This document shows, one piece after another, positions 1 through 12,889 of a DNA stretch of 64,000 nt. The stretch is taken from NCBI RefSeq assembly GCF_009914755.1, contig NC_060926.1; one strand, 5' to 3'. Numbering within the stretch: the stretch's first letter is position 1; each line of letters starts with the position of its first letter. The stretch is from the human T2T-CHM13v2.0 reference genome, Homo sapiens. Both the position numbers and the translations under genes were made by a program. The notes under the pieces were generated by a model. The model was not told the origin of the DNA. It did not search any database and was given only the letters and a program-made list of their open reading frames with translations.

Positions 1-212
1 GGGTCCTCTCTGCTTCTACCCTTGCCGGGCACAGGAGATGGTTACTGTCAATCTGGAACTGGAAACCACTGGATTCCAGGTGTTTTGTGCTAAAGCAAGA
101 GCCATCCTTACTCCTGCACTCTACCATCGTCCTAAAAATGACCCACTGAGTGAGGATATTTCAATGGACCACTCCAGGCAGGAAGCCTTGGGACACAGCC
201 TGAGGGAAGTGA

Positions 213-602
<390 letters not shown>

Positions 603-1466
603 GGGGCCTGGTGGAATTTTAAGACTCCATTGGTGCTGCCATTGGAGCCTCATCTTTTGTACTGACTATTTTTAGCAAAAATAACGTATACTCTGTTGTG
701 TTGTCAAACTGACAGATGAGCATTGAGCATGCTCCTGGCATCCACAGACCACTCATTCCATTCGGAAAATGCTAGAAAATATTAAATGAGCTTCTCTCAA
801 CCCTGGTGCAGAAAGCTGCTGCATACCATGGGCCACAGCCTCTGAATTTCATGGCAAGTGGCTCCGCCCTCTGAGCTCTGCCACCAGGCCCTGGCCTCTG
901 AACTCTACGGCAGGGACTGCAACTCTGAACTCCATGGCAGGTGCCATCTCAGTCAAAGATTCAACCAGGAGAAGCTGAGTCCAGGGAGTCCGGTTAGGCA
1001 AAGCATTTGCAAAAACGTATATTAAGGAGAGAGGGGCTCCATAGTCATCATGGGCCTGGAAAACCACCTTTGAGCTCCCATCATCCAGCCTCATAGCTAT
1101 GGCAACCCCCTTGGCCTTACCCGAAAGGAGGCTCTGCTTGGGGCCAACCTGGGGTGGGGCAAGAAGTTCAGTGTGTCCATCAAATAGGAAGGCCCAGACC
1201 AGCCCATTCATTCCTCAGATCCATGGTCAGTCAGCATGTGGTTTTTGTTTTGTAACTCCTTTATTCACTATGATCCCTCTGGGATCTACCTACATTCAAG
1301 TGCCCTGCCTACTTTATTCTGCCCAGAAGTTTTCTTCCCCCTTATCACCCAGTTCCCCTAAAAAGAGAGCTCTGAGCTCCACCCAGCATGACCATGATTG
1401 GGTCCATGGCTGGGCATGCTTAGTCAAAGCTACTTACTTTATTTCTTGATTGTGATTACAGGAATA

Positions 1467-1545
1467 GTTGGAGCATTTCAGATTTTGGATTTTTGGACTA
1501 GGGATGTTTGAACCAGTAAGAATAATGCAAATATTACAAAATATT
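1467..1545. mobile_element. Fragment of a Tigger-family DNA transposon (MER46-like)
   Basis: GGAGCATTTCAGATTTTGGATTTTTGGACTAGGGATG...ATAATGCAAATATT resembles the MER46/Tigger4 terminus as recalled. Confidence 0.45.
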
Positions 1546-2462
1546 TTTCAACCAGAAGAGAAGATTAAGAAAGTTGCGATAGCATGGCATATTTAGAAAA
1601 AAAAAAAAAAAAGTAAGGTAGAAATAAGGAATAAGAAACTAGCAAGCGGAAGTGCCTGCTGCCCAGTATAGAATGACATGGATCTCTCCCCATTGCGTTT
1701 GTTCAGCCAAGCCACTGTGCCTCTCCAGTGTGTGCCAGGCTATGTGCTGGAGATGGGCTGTGGAAGGGAAAGTGCAGGTAAGAGTGCATGGGGCAAGCAG
1801 GCAGGCACTGCCTGGCAGAGGCTCCCAGTCTGGACGATGCTAAAGATGGGCACTCATGTTTCTGTAGCCTGAGGCAGGCCAGGAAGAGACCCAGGGAGGA
1901 CTGAGAACAGGCCTCACATGTGGCAAGGGACTCCAGCAAGTCTGGCCTCAGTGCCATCCCTGGAACATTCTTACCTTCCTGAGGTTGGGAGTCAACCTGA
2001 AAATTACCAAACGAGAAGTGAACCAGGCTTGAGGGCAAGTGGACCACCAAGGACTGGACTGGAAGGAAGAGAAGAAGCACAGGCCACACCTGCTGGAGGA
2101 AGAAGTGGGAAGCAACCAAGTGGGAGGGGAGAGGGAGTTAGAGCCAGAAGCCCTGATGCAGACATCTCCTTGTAGAGCAGGGGATGGCAGAGTGCCATGG
2201 AACCCAGAGATCCCCTCCCCAGGGAAAGGTGAAGAGATAAAACTTCCAGTCCTCTCATAAGGCCCAGAGATGCAGAAAATTTCAACAGGAAGAAGTTCAG
2301 GGGAGGCAGAGAGTGAGTGAGAGTGCACACGAGACCTCACTAAGAGAAAGCTGCTGCCCAGTTTGTTACCAGGTACAACACCGGCCTCCTACAAGCGGGC
2401 ATAACTTTGACCCCAGCCCAGGACACCCACTAGTCTCCTTTGCTGAATTCACTAACAAGAGC

Positions 2463-2976
2463 TGTGAAGGGTCCTACATTTTATCCTACTTGCAAGCTAA
2501 CATGTTAGCCTGCCACAGTTTCATGGATGCTGGCAAAAGACAAGAGACTCCTGGGTCAGAAACAAAGCATTTTGTTACTCACAGTGCAGCAAGCAGCATG
2601 GCTGTCACATCTACATCAGTTCCTCTTGCCTACCCAAGTCCCATGAGGGTAATAAGGAGGGGCCCAGGAAAATGCTGCACATGCAGTGGGTTTGCTGCAC
2701 ACCTGAGGGACCCCAAACTCAGAAAATCCAAGCCTTTTAAAATGAGCATAAGCCTACCTGACCTTTGCTCTAGAGCGAGACATTATCTTTACTATAGTGG
2801 ACAATAAAAATACTTGCTTACCCCAGAAGGAGACACCAACTCTATGTTCCAAGGCTGTTTGCAGTACAAATATCCCAGAGGAGATAGTCTGGAATAAAGA
2901 TCATCAGTGTCCCTGCTCACAAGACATGCAGAAATGCAAGAAACCCAAGAAACCCTTGGAGAATTGTCTTACAACA
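2463..2976 (-). mobile_element. Solo LTR, ERVL class (LTR53-like)
   Basis: TG...CA bounded ~515 bp. TGTGAAGGGTCC...CCTACTTGCAAGCTAAC...GCCTGCCACAGTTTCATGGATGCTGGC matches a recalled ERVL LTR. No TSD recognised. Confidence 0.5.
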
Positions 2977-4011
2977 TTCAAAAACTACAGAGACAGTCCT
3001 CGCCTCCCATGACAGTTCCCACCTCATCCCTAGGGAGAGCACAAGGATGGAAGAAGGCAGGGATGCTTGGCAAAGAGAAAGTCCTTGAGCGTGACCTTGA
3101 AGAATGGCAGAGACAACCTCCCATTATGGGGTGGCTTGTTTTGAGGAATTCTTTCTCTAAATTCTGCTCTAAAAGCAAGGAATCGTGCATGAGCAAACAG
3201 AATCCCCCTGTCCTTCCCCAGGGAAAAAAGAGGGTCTATGGCTTAGTTTAGGATTGCCTAGACTCTGAATCACATTTGAGGCCATTCTCTGGCCACTAAA
3301 CGAGCACTCCTTACAGACCTCAATCTCTTTGTGTTCTGCCTGTGGCACACCCCACTCCCACTCCCTGCCCCCATCATATTAATGGCATTCCCCACAGTTA
3401 TACAAATAAAGCCTCAAGGATCCTGCCCTCCAGGTTCAGGTCCTAAAGCAGCCAGACAGGGGAAAAGTACCTGCAAATGTGCCTCCCTTTTCACAACAGG
3501 TAAGTGGTGAGACATGTAGATTTGGATCATCTGGTTTCTCTTCTATGCTCATTGAGGAGATCATTGGTTCACAAACCTTGCACTTGGAAGACGGGCTGAA
3601 CAGCCATTTCAGTGACTCCTCCCATCACTGCATTTTCCTGTAGTGCCTGCCCAGCAGCCAGAATCACTCAGGGTCACTCTTCTCACTTCCACATTCCCAA
3701 TCATAAAACACAGCCCAGCCCCCCGACCCTGCCCTTTCCCATAGAATTTACAGCAGGGAGTGCAGGAGCCCTGTCACAGGAGTCTTCGCCTGAACAGCCC
3801 TCTTCTAGCATCTCTCTAGCAGTTTCTGCAAGCCTCTAATATTCTCCCCCTCTCCCCAGGATCTCTTAAATAAATGTTATGTGATCAGTTACAGCATTGC
3901 CCTATTTAATTGATTTATATGCACTTTAAAAAGCTTTACACTGCACAGGAAACACATCTATCATAATGCTTGATTGAATTGGAGAAAGGAGAAGGAAGAA
4001 AGGGAATTAAA

Positions 4012-4220
4012 ATTTATTGAGCACTTATTATGTGCCAGGTAATGTGCAAGGCACTTTACATACATTATTGAGTTTAATCCTCACAACAGCCCTGCAAGGT
4101 GGGTATTTCTCGCTATTTGAGGACACTAAGGCCTACAGAGGTTAAAAGACTTACCCAAGGTTGCAAAGCTCTTAGCTGGAAGGAGCCGACTTCAATTGCA
4201 GGTCTACCTGACTCCAAGCC
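4012..4220 (-). mobile_element. MIR SINE
   Basis: ATTTATTGAGCACTTATTATGTGCCAGG...TTTAATCCTCACAACAGCCCTG...AGAGGTTAA...CCCAAGGT, the typical MIR reverse complement. Confidence 0.8.
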
Positions 4221-4532
4221 AACATTGACTTCAGGACTTAGATATCAGGTGTTCAAAAAAAGCTATGACTAGGGAATATACCCCTTATTGTAACATTGTT
4301 TCATTGAGAAAATAAGATGCAATTTGCATTGCCACCTCCTACCACATCTTTCCCCTTAACCGTATGTTCCTGTGTGCACCATTTGACACTGAAGGCTGAT
4401 GGGTGGGCTGGAGAGCGAGGAAGGGGGTGCTGAGCAGATAAGTCAGATGCGTTTACAAAACTGAAGAGTTTTCTCTCCAAACATTAACACCTTTTAGAAC
4501 ATTTTAGCTATTTAAAAAAAAAAAAAAAAACC

Positions 4533-4823
4533 TGGCTCACATCTGTAATCCCAGCACTTTGGGAGGCCGAGGCGGGCAGATCACTTGAGGTCAGGAGTTC
4601 AAGACCAGCCTGGCCAACATGGTGAAACCCCATCTTTACTAAAAATACAAAAATTAGCCAGGCATGGTGGCCAGAACTTGTAATCCCAGCTGAGGCTGAG
4701 GCAGGAGAATCGCTTGAACCTGGGAGGTGGAGCTTGCAGTAAGCCAAGAGATCGTGCCACTGCACTCCAGCCTGGGTGACAGAGGAAGACTCCATCTCAG
4801 AAAAACAACAAATGAACAAAAAA
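4533..4823 (+). mobile_element. AluS SINE
   Basis: Dimeric Alu from TGGCTCACATCTGTAATCCCAGC to GACTCCATCTCA with an A-rich tail. Confidence 0.92.
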
Positions 4824-7138
4824 CCCTCAAACTATTTCTATTCAATACTATCGTGAAAGTTATAGAGAACGCCTATTCATTCAATATGTATTTATAGGGG
4901 ACAATTCACTGTGGGGGAGGCACCAGGAGACAGCAAAGAACAAACCACTCCAGGTGCCTCAGGACTCATACTCTGGAGTCCAGAGTGATGCTAAAATCTG
5001 CAATGGCCAGTTAGGCACGCCCCAGGCAGGTGGAACAGATGGGGCTCAGTGCCTGCCTGGGTCCCAAGGAAGTGGACCCCTGGATAAGGAGGAACCCTAT
5101 ACCTTCCCTCGCGACACAGGGAAAGAACCACACATTCAATCACACGGATCCCCAAGACTGAAGAGAGATTTTGGCAAGTACTTTCCCTTTTACTACGTAG
5201 AACCAAACTGCCGAGTCCTGTGAGTTTGTGTCTGTTTTGCAGTTTTTCTGCCTCTGATTACCAGACTGTCAGCTGTCACTTCTGATGATCGCTGCCCCTG
5301 CACATAGAAGCACCTCTCTTCACTTCTAATTCACTCTGGGTTTTAATACAAGAGTGCAGCTCTTGTTGGAATGTAAGAGTCTTGAATGAGTCCGCAGGCC
5401 TGTAGGTAATGCAGGAATGCCTGAGATTTAGGGAAAACACTTTGGGGCATCTCTTCCGTCTTCTGGGGGAAACTTTTTGCTTCCATCCTGATGCTCAGAG
5501 CTGTGATCTAGATATTGGAACTTACCAGATAATATCAGGATGAATCCCAACAAAACTGAAATGATAATTTGAGGGCAACTCAGGCAGAGATGTTTTCACA
5601 ACTTCAGAGGGCAATTTGGCATTCAGGAATTATAAAATAGAGCAAATGTGAAAAACAGGTAGCTAAACAAAAATGATCCCTGCAGCTTTTTCATTTATTT
5701 AAATTATCCTGGAAAGAAATAATTTTCCGTAAAACCAACCAAATGAAACTTTGCTGTGATCTCCCACAAACCACCTGGCCAGGTCCTACTGGAGTTTCCA
5801 AAAACAATGAGTTTTTACTTTTAAAAATGATCAGAACATTCAGTACTTAACACACAAAAAAGTAGCAACCATTCTGCTTGGCACCATTTAATCAAGTGTG
5901 AGTGTCAAATTCTTTATAGCTTCAAATTAACAACAAGGAACTGTAATTTTTGTGTTTGTTTGTTTAAAAGACCAGCCGAGATTTTTCTTTTTGCCTGTTT
6001 AAGCTTCATTTAATTCAAGCTCCAATCTGCCCCTCTTTGATTGCATTTCCAAATCCTAAATAAAAGTGATAACTCTTTCTGCCAATTGTAACAAACTGCT
6101 GGTGCCAGTTATTGCTTTTTGAAAAAAAAAAAAGCAAAACCAAAACCAAAAAAAAAAAAATCTTTTAATACTTAGCGGACAGCTTTATCCAAAAGCGGGG
6201 GGAAAACCCTGGCCTTTCAAAACCATCCAATATATTTGTAACAACCTCTTTACTGAGTTCATGTATCTTCTTTATTGTTCTTCATAAACAGGCTATTGGA
6301 TCTCTCTAGCTTGCAATGTGAAAAATGAAAGAATTTCCTCCCATCCATGCCTCTCTTATCTCATAATTGTTTTGTTCTGAGAGGTAGGGAAGACCCATAT
6401 AAATGTCTCTGCTATTTTATTTTGTCCTCTCCAAGCCCGTGCATGCTTTTCTCCGGGGCTTTTGACTCCTTCTCTTCTGTTTCTGCCTGAACCTGGATCT
6501 ACTTACTGTTCTCTGCATCAAACCCTGCTAAATTGTTTGAGATTTCATTTCTGAGGGTGATGGAAGAGAGATAAGAGTCAAACGCATTTTAAAAGCCACT
6601 TTTTGGCATGTCTGTGCTGGGTAGTCAGAGGCAGAGGTGCTTAAGTAGCTGCTCACCTGACATCACAGAACACCTTGGCTGGGGTCTGCAAGGACATCCT
6701 CATGCAGCGTGAGCATCCGCCGCCTCTCTGCCCCCTTCCTTCAAGGGGCCCTGCCCACTGGGCTTTCTTCGCCTCTGCTGCAGCTTCCAAGTTTCCTCTA
6801 TCTCTCCAGTCTCTTCCATCCTCTCAGTCTTCCTCGTAAAGCTGATGTCTTCCAGAACAGGAATCACCCTTGTCGGGGACAGACAGTTCCAAGAGTCTGT
6901 TGAGGTGGGTCATTAGAGAGGAGGTGGGTTTTGTAAATGTGGTTAATTGTCCTGCAAAGGAAGAAGCTGCACACTCCAGGGAGAGGCCATGGAAAGGGTC
7001 CAGAGGAAAACAAAATAACTATTTACTAAACCCTGATTCTTCATTGCAACAGAGCAAGCACCTCAGACCAGAGGCCCTCTGCAAGCAGCCCTGAGTATTG
7101 AAGTTGTTCCATGTAAAGAATTCCATGAACGCTCATCA

Positions 7139-7499
7139 GTCAGGTTTTGCTGTGATAATGCTGGGTAACAAATAATCCCCAAATCTCAGTGGCTTCCAAC
7201 AACAGATTATTTCTTTTCACTCACGGGTCTGCAGGTTGACTGGGGTTAGCTGAACTTGGCTGGGCTTGGACACAGTTTGTTCCGTGGGTCTCTTTATTTT
7301 GGAACTGCAACTACCTTATCTTATGGTGGGGGCAGGAGCACCAGAGGACAAACATGGACACGTGACCCCTCAGCACCCTCTCACCTTCATGCAGTGGTTG
7401 CACAGCCATGCCCAAAGTGAGCGGGGCAAATATATGCCATCAGCAAAGGAAGGAGTAACATCAAGTGAACATTTGCTCAATGATAATCTAATCTACCAC
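7139..7499 (-). mobile_element. Old MaLR LTR (MLT1-type)
   Basis: TGCTGGGTAACAAATAATCCCCAAATCTCAGTGGCTT...TGATAATCTAATCTACCAC, characteristic of MLT1 ends. Confidence 0.6.
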
Positions 7500-8117
7500 C
7501 AAATGCTATACATGCACACTCACACACACTCTCTCTCACACACACATGGATCTTTACGGGCCCAGACAGAACTGCTTCAGAGAGACAATAAGTCTTATAA
7601 AAGAGGAATTGTCCACTCTTTTATCTCTCCCAGGTAAGACGACTTTTCAGAGCCCTACAAGGATATTTCGAAATTAGTTTCAGATGCAGAGACACTTCAG
7701 GCTGAGAGTAACTTTAAATGTCATCTAGTCTCACATCCTCCCCAAGAGAAGTTTCTAGTACCAGCTCCAGTGATGGCAAGATCACTTCCTTCAAGGCACC
7801 CACCATCTGCACACAAAATGAGTCTTCTCCTCCTACAACACGCAAGGCCTTGGATATCTGTGGACACCTCTTAGGGATCCCCAAGCCTGCCCTTCTCCAA
7901 CAGAAAGACCTTGAGCTGCCTTTCCTCAAAGCCCATGGTTTCTAGCCACACTGTCCTCCAGGCACGTGCCATTTTTTTAATGTACTACTTATTCTGTGAA
8001 CCTAGAACTGTGCCCAGAGATCCAGAACACCAACTGGAGTGATGGGTTATATGTCTTACCCAGGTTGAGCTTAAAGTCACCTAGAGCCAAGACGTTCTTA
8101 CACCTGTTGCTCAACTA

Positions 8118-8650
8118 TTCATCAATTCACCATTCATGGAGCACTTCTTATATGCCTTGCATCCCACTGGGTGCTGGGGACACAGTGCTGAATGACATTG
8201 ACATGGTCCTGGTTCTCATGGAGAATACTTGGAGAGACAGATAATAAATAAGTAAAGAAACCAAATAGATGAAAACTGAAACACCTGCTATGAAGAAAAA
8301 GATCAGAAGATATGGGAGGAAGCGAAGCTACTTCAAATAATGTGGCCAGGGAAGGACTCCCCAAAGAGGTGACATCTGAGCTGAGACTGGAAGCATGGGA
8401 AGGAGGCTGACCAGGGAGCATGGGAGAGGGGCACTCAGGACCCTCACTGGGCAGGGGTCAGGCTCAGGGCTAGAAAGAGCCTGAGATGTTCAGGAAGCTG
8501 AAGGCAAATCAGGTTAGCAGGCGTGTGGTCAGCAGGAAAGGGGAGCACAAGGAGAGGACGTCGATCGGCAGCTCTGGTCAGCTGTGAAAGACGCACAGAG
8601 CATATTCTCAGTGCCAGAAGCCATGGGTGCACTTGAAGCAGGTGAGGGCC
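8118..8650 (-). mobile_element. L2 LINE fragment
   Basis: TTCATCAATTCACCATTCATGGAGCACTT...GCTGGGGACACAG...GAGGTGACATCTGAGCTGAGAC, the L2 3' region in reverse. Confidence 0.7.
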
Positions 8651-9637
8651 CGATGTCACTTGGATCCTGAGCAGCATCTTCAGCATTCCCTGTGCGTGTA
8701 TCTTTGCAGGTCTTTATGGAGGGGCAGCCTCACTGAAGAACTTCACGTTTGTCCCAACTGAGTTTCTCTTTGTCCATGTAGGACCCTGGTCCAGCCTGTC
8801 AGTGACAAGCCAGCCTTCTCTCCAGGCTCCCTGCCCCCAACACGGGAACAGCATTTGCTCCACGGCTTTCTCCAAGCCAAGAGGAAGCATGACGATAAGA
8901 GGGTGAACAACAGCCCTCGACGTAGAGAAAGTATAAAAGTCTGACAGCAGAACTTTAAAAGCAGAGACTTCAGTGGCCATGGTTTTCAGAATCAAACAGT
9001 TCATCTCACCCGGCAGCCCGCCAATGGCCGGGAACAGGCAATGCATCACAGGTGTGCAGGCCACACCCTCAGGGAAGGAGAAGACAGAGGGTCCATGCCA
9101 GGAGGCCTGCAGCCAAACGCCCCTGGGGTCTTGTCGTGCCCAGCCTAGGAGGACGAGGTCTGTGTGTCCTACGTCTCCAGGCCTCTTCAGCATGTCGTTT
9201 GGGACCACCTGCTCAGCAGACTGTGACTGTGCCAGGATTGCATCACCTCCGCCTTCTCTCTTGCCATTAACACGGGCTGCTGTGTAAGTATGGGCGATAA
9301 GGAGAGGGTGCGTGGAGACCAGAGGGCCAGTGAGGAAGCAGGCGGTCCTCAGAGAGCAGCTTGGTGGCCAAGGAGACTTGGGATTCAGAGCCCTGGAGAT
9401 AAAGGTGGAGACGTCTGCACAGATGAGGCATGGGAGGAAGGGCTGCGGGCAGCTTGAGGCTGAGAGCACACAGTGAGGAAGGCTCTCTCGGGTACAAAGG
9501 GAGACACCGGGAGGCCCTCGAGAAGCTCAGCTGACCAAAGACACCCTTCCCAGCAGGAACTTTTCTTTCAGTGAGTGACCTCCCTTGAAGAAAAAGAACC
9601 CTAAGTGAAAGGGAGTCAAGACTAAGAATGGCGCCGA

Positions 9638-9829
9638 GGGCGGCACAGCTGCTGCAGAGGGCAGTGTGGGGGCGGCACACCTGCTGCAGAGGGCAGTGTG
9701 GGGGCGGCACACCTGCTGCAGAGGGCAGTGTGGGGGGGGCACACCTGCTGCAGAGGGCAGTGTGGGGGCGGCACACCTGCTGCAGAGGGCAGTGTGGGGG
9801 CGGCACACCTGCTGCAGAGGGCAGTGTGG
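9638..9829. repeat. GC-rich minisatellite/VNTR, 6 x 32 bp (GGGCGGCACACCTGCTGCAGAGGGCAGTGTGG)
   Basis: CTGCTGCAGA recurs at 9649, 9681, 9713, 9745, 9777 and 9809, an exact 32-bp period. Units are near identical. Confidence 0.97.
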
Positions 9830-10057
9830 GGGGAGCCCTGTGTCCTGGGGGACGGCTGGTGTCACTCTGGCACCTCAGAGGGACTCATCCTTTGGCCTCA
9901 CGTCATGCTGTTCCCCTTCCTTCAACCTCGTGACCTGATCTGAATGACACACAGACTTCAGGGGTCAAACCCAAACTTCTGAGGAGGAAGAACCTCAAAC
10001 TTATCATCTCCTTTACATTTTTCAGGGGAGGAAACAAGTTTTAAATCAGTATGTATA

Positions 10058-10388
10058 CAGCAGACCCCCCTTATCCGCGGGGCATACGTTCCAAGCGCCC
10101 CAGTAGATGCCTGAAACTGCAAATAGTAATAAACCGTATGCACACACAGCTTTTTCTTATACATACATGCCTATGATAAAGTTTAGTTTATAAATTAGGC
10201 ACAGTGAGAGATTAACAATAATAATGAAATAGGATATTTACAATAATATAGTATAATAAAAATTATGGGAATGCACCCTCTCTCTCAAAATATCTTATTG
10301 TACAGAACTCAACTATTTTCAGACCATGGTTGACAGTCAGTAACTGAAACTTCAGAAATCAAAACCACAGATTCAGGAGAGCCTGTTG
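10058..10388 (+). mobile_element. MER44-like Tigger DNA transposon
   Basis: TA then CAGCAGACCCCCCTTATCCGCGG...CCTATGATAAAGTTTAGTTTATAAATTAGGCACAG...GTAACTGAAAC, matching the recalled MER44A consensus. Confidence 0.75.
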
Positions 10389-10422
10389 CAGTGTAATCCT
10401 ATCGTTAAAAGTACATGATATA

Positions 10423-10697
10423 GGCCGCCTGTAATCCCAGCACTTTGGGAAGCCAAGGTGGGCAAATGGCTTGAACCCAGGAGTTTCAGACCAGCCTGGG
10501 CAACATGGCAAAGCCTCATCTCTAATAAAAATATTTTAAAAATAATCCAGGAGTGGTGGTGTGCACCTGTAGCTACTTAAGAGTCTGAGGTAGGATGACT
10601 GTTTGAGCCCAGGGGGTGGAAGTTACAGTGAGCCATGATTGCACCACTGCACTCCAGCTTGGGTGAGAAAGCAAGACCCGATTTCAAAAAAAAAAAG
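10423..10697 (+). mobile_element. AluJ SINE
   Basis: Diverged dimeric Alu with J-type motifs (GCTTGAACCCAGGAGTT, CCTGGGCAACA, AGCCATGATTGCACC) and an A tail. Confidence 0.88.
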
Positions 10698-10995
10698 TAT
10701 CTTATATATTAATATAACAAGTATTTATGTGTGCATATATACAGAAGGGGGAAATGTCTGGCAGATATTTACCAACGGTTTATCCTCTTCTGAGTTCATT
10801 CATTCCTTTCAATACTTATAAAGACCTTCCATATTAGAAACTGTACTGAAACTCAGTGTCAAAATGTTATTAATTTGATATAACTAATTTAATTTTTTCT
10901 TCATTCCCTTTTTTATGTATATTCATATTTTCTCAGTTTTAAAGAATAATGATAACGCACCAAAGAAAAAGCTTCGAAACCAGGCCCCTTGGCCC
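10649..10995 (+). repeat. Source copy of a ~350 bp local duplication (second copy 17014-17680)
   Basis: Colinear match GCACTCCAGC...GTATCTTATATATTAATATAACAAG...AAAGAAAAAGCTTC-GAAA between the two loci. Confidence 0.95.
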
Positions 10996-12889
10996 CCAGG
11001 CAGACTCTCTGCCCACCTCCCCCGCTTCCTTCTCCCCAGCTCCCTTCTCCCCAGCTCCTCCCCTCCAGGCTAGGCACCCTGTTTGAGAATCTTCAGACTT
11101 CTGCAGGAGCATTTGCACCTGAAGTACCTGTCCCATTTTTTCCCCTCTGATCCCCATGTCCCCTTGGAGCTCAGATGAAGCCCCACCTGGCCTCTCCAGG
11201 TCCCGGGACTCCCCAGCATTGGGGTCTGGACAGCTGTGCAGGGCCCCGTCATCTTGCAGAGGTGATATCGCTCTCAGTTCATGCAGCACCGCAGAGGCAG
11301 TAAAGGAGATAAACGGAATTTCTGCTCAATGAGTTGATGATAATAATAAATAAGGCCTTTTCTCCAAAGACTTGAAATCTGCTGGCTCATTTCAATGCAC
11401 AAAATTATTCGTTTAAAAAATTCTCCCCACAGACTTGAAATAGGTGGGGGATTAGTAATCATTAACCCCATTTTGCAGATGGAGAAACCAGGACCCAGCG
11501 GGAGCTGGAGCCCACAATGACTGGCAAAGCAGGTGTCCTGACTCCCTGGCCAGTGCCCTATTTGGAGAGGGTACAGTCACAGCCCCAAGCTGCCACTGTA
11601 GGCACAGGACCAGAAAGCCATTCCTAGATCCTCAGGAGTCGATACTGAATCCACCACCCAGCTCGCGAACTGCTTCCTTCCTCTGACTCAGAGTTCCCTA
11701 AGGCCCAGACTAGCATCTTCTCTTCCCTTTCTCTATCCTTCCAAGACTGAGCAAAGCAAACACAAGGCCCAGAATCCCCTTCTGCCTCCCGCCTCCCCAC
11801 TGAATGTGCTCAGAACAGGGTTCCCTGAAGGCCCCCGGCACTTGGGGATGGATGATGCTTGGATCAGCTGAACCCCGGCAGGACAACGTCTCTGGTCCAG
11901 GCACTTTTATTTTCCAGAAGAATCCTGCCCACCCAGGGAGACTGAGAGGCAGCCATGTGGCTCAGAGCAGGGAGAGGACATCCTTCTCCTGCTCTGCCTT
12001 TGACTGTCAGAGCTTCCAGCCTCCGGGTAACCATGGTAATCGGCAGCATTAACCGCAGCAGTGACAGGAGCCTCAGCAGGCCCACTCTGACCTGCTCCAC
12101 TGCAGATGGTGCACCGCCGGCTTCCCGCAGCTTCGGTGGGGAGCTGTGACCGGCTGCCAAGCCCCTGGTGCACTCACCTGCACACCTGCTGCCTGGGCCC
12201 AGAGGTTGCAAAGGGTGGTCTGTTGCCCAGACCCAAGAGTCAATGCTAGAGAGATAAAGGGGCCTTGAACCTCCTGCAACCCTTCACAGGGCCTGGTCAA
12301 AAGAGGTCCAGGATGCAGTCCAAAAGCATAGTTGCCACGTCAGCGGAAGCTGTGGGCCTGGGCTTTTTCTCTGGACCCGCCACTTTTCCAGTCTTAGTCC
12401 CGACACCAAAGGTGGCAGCCATCCTCCAGTCACCTCAGGAGGCCAGCCCGACCTGAACCAGTGAGGGCCTCTCATGTCAGAAATTGGGGCCATCCACAGT
12501 CATCTTCTGCTCTCTTTACAGGGCCATGCTGAGGAAGCCACAGCAGAGCCATTCTTGACCAGTTGGATGCTGCCACCCACCCACCCCACGGGGCCCATCA
12601 GCTCCACTGGCCCATGTGTTTCCAGGTCTCTGACAACAGCTGCATGTCCTGCCAGCCTGATCGTTCTTATTCCTGAGTTCCCTTCCCTCCTTTTAAGCAC
12701 TGAACGAATCCCAGAGCTGAGCCCCTGCCCAGAACCCAGGGGTCTGTCCTTTGCAGCTCTGAGGGCCAGAGGGGACTGCACACAGGGAAACAAATCCAAG
12801 ACCTTCTACATTTCTCAGGTCCTTGAGTGCTTCTCTCTGCTCCCAGCCTCCCTGCCCTCCAGAGGCCAGCCCCGGGTTAAACAGGGGTT

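Noticed and set aside
8714-9469. 251-aa minus-strand ORF
   Set aside because: No recognisable domain or splice context. Part overlaps faint CR1/L3-like sequence. Likely chance.
9267-9943. Repetitive ORFs over the 32-bp array, and a CRISPR-like reading of it
   Set aside because: Units are contiguous with no unique spacers, there are no cas genes and the DNA is primate. It is a minisatellite.
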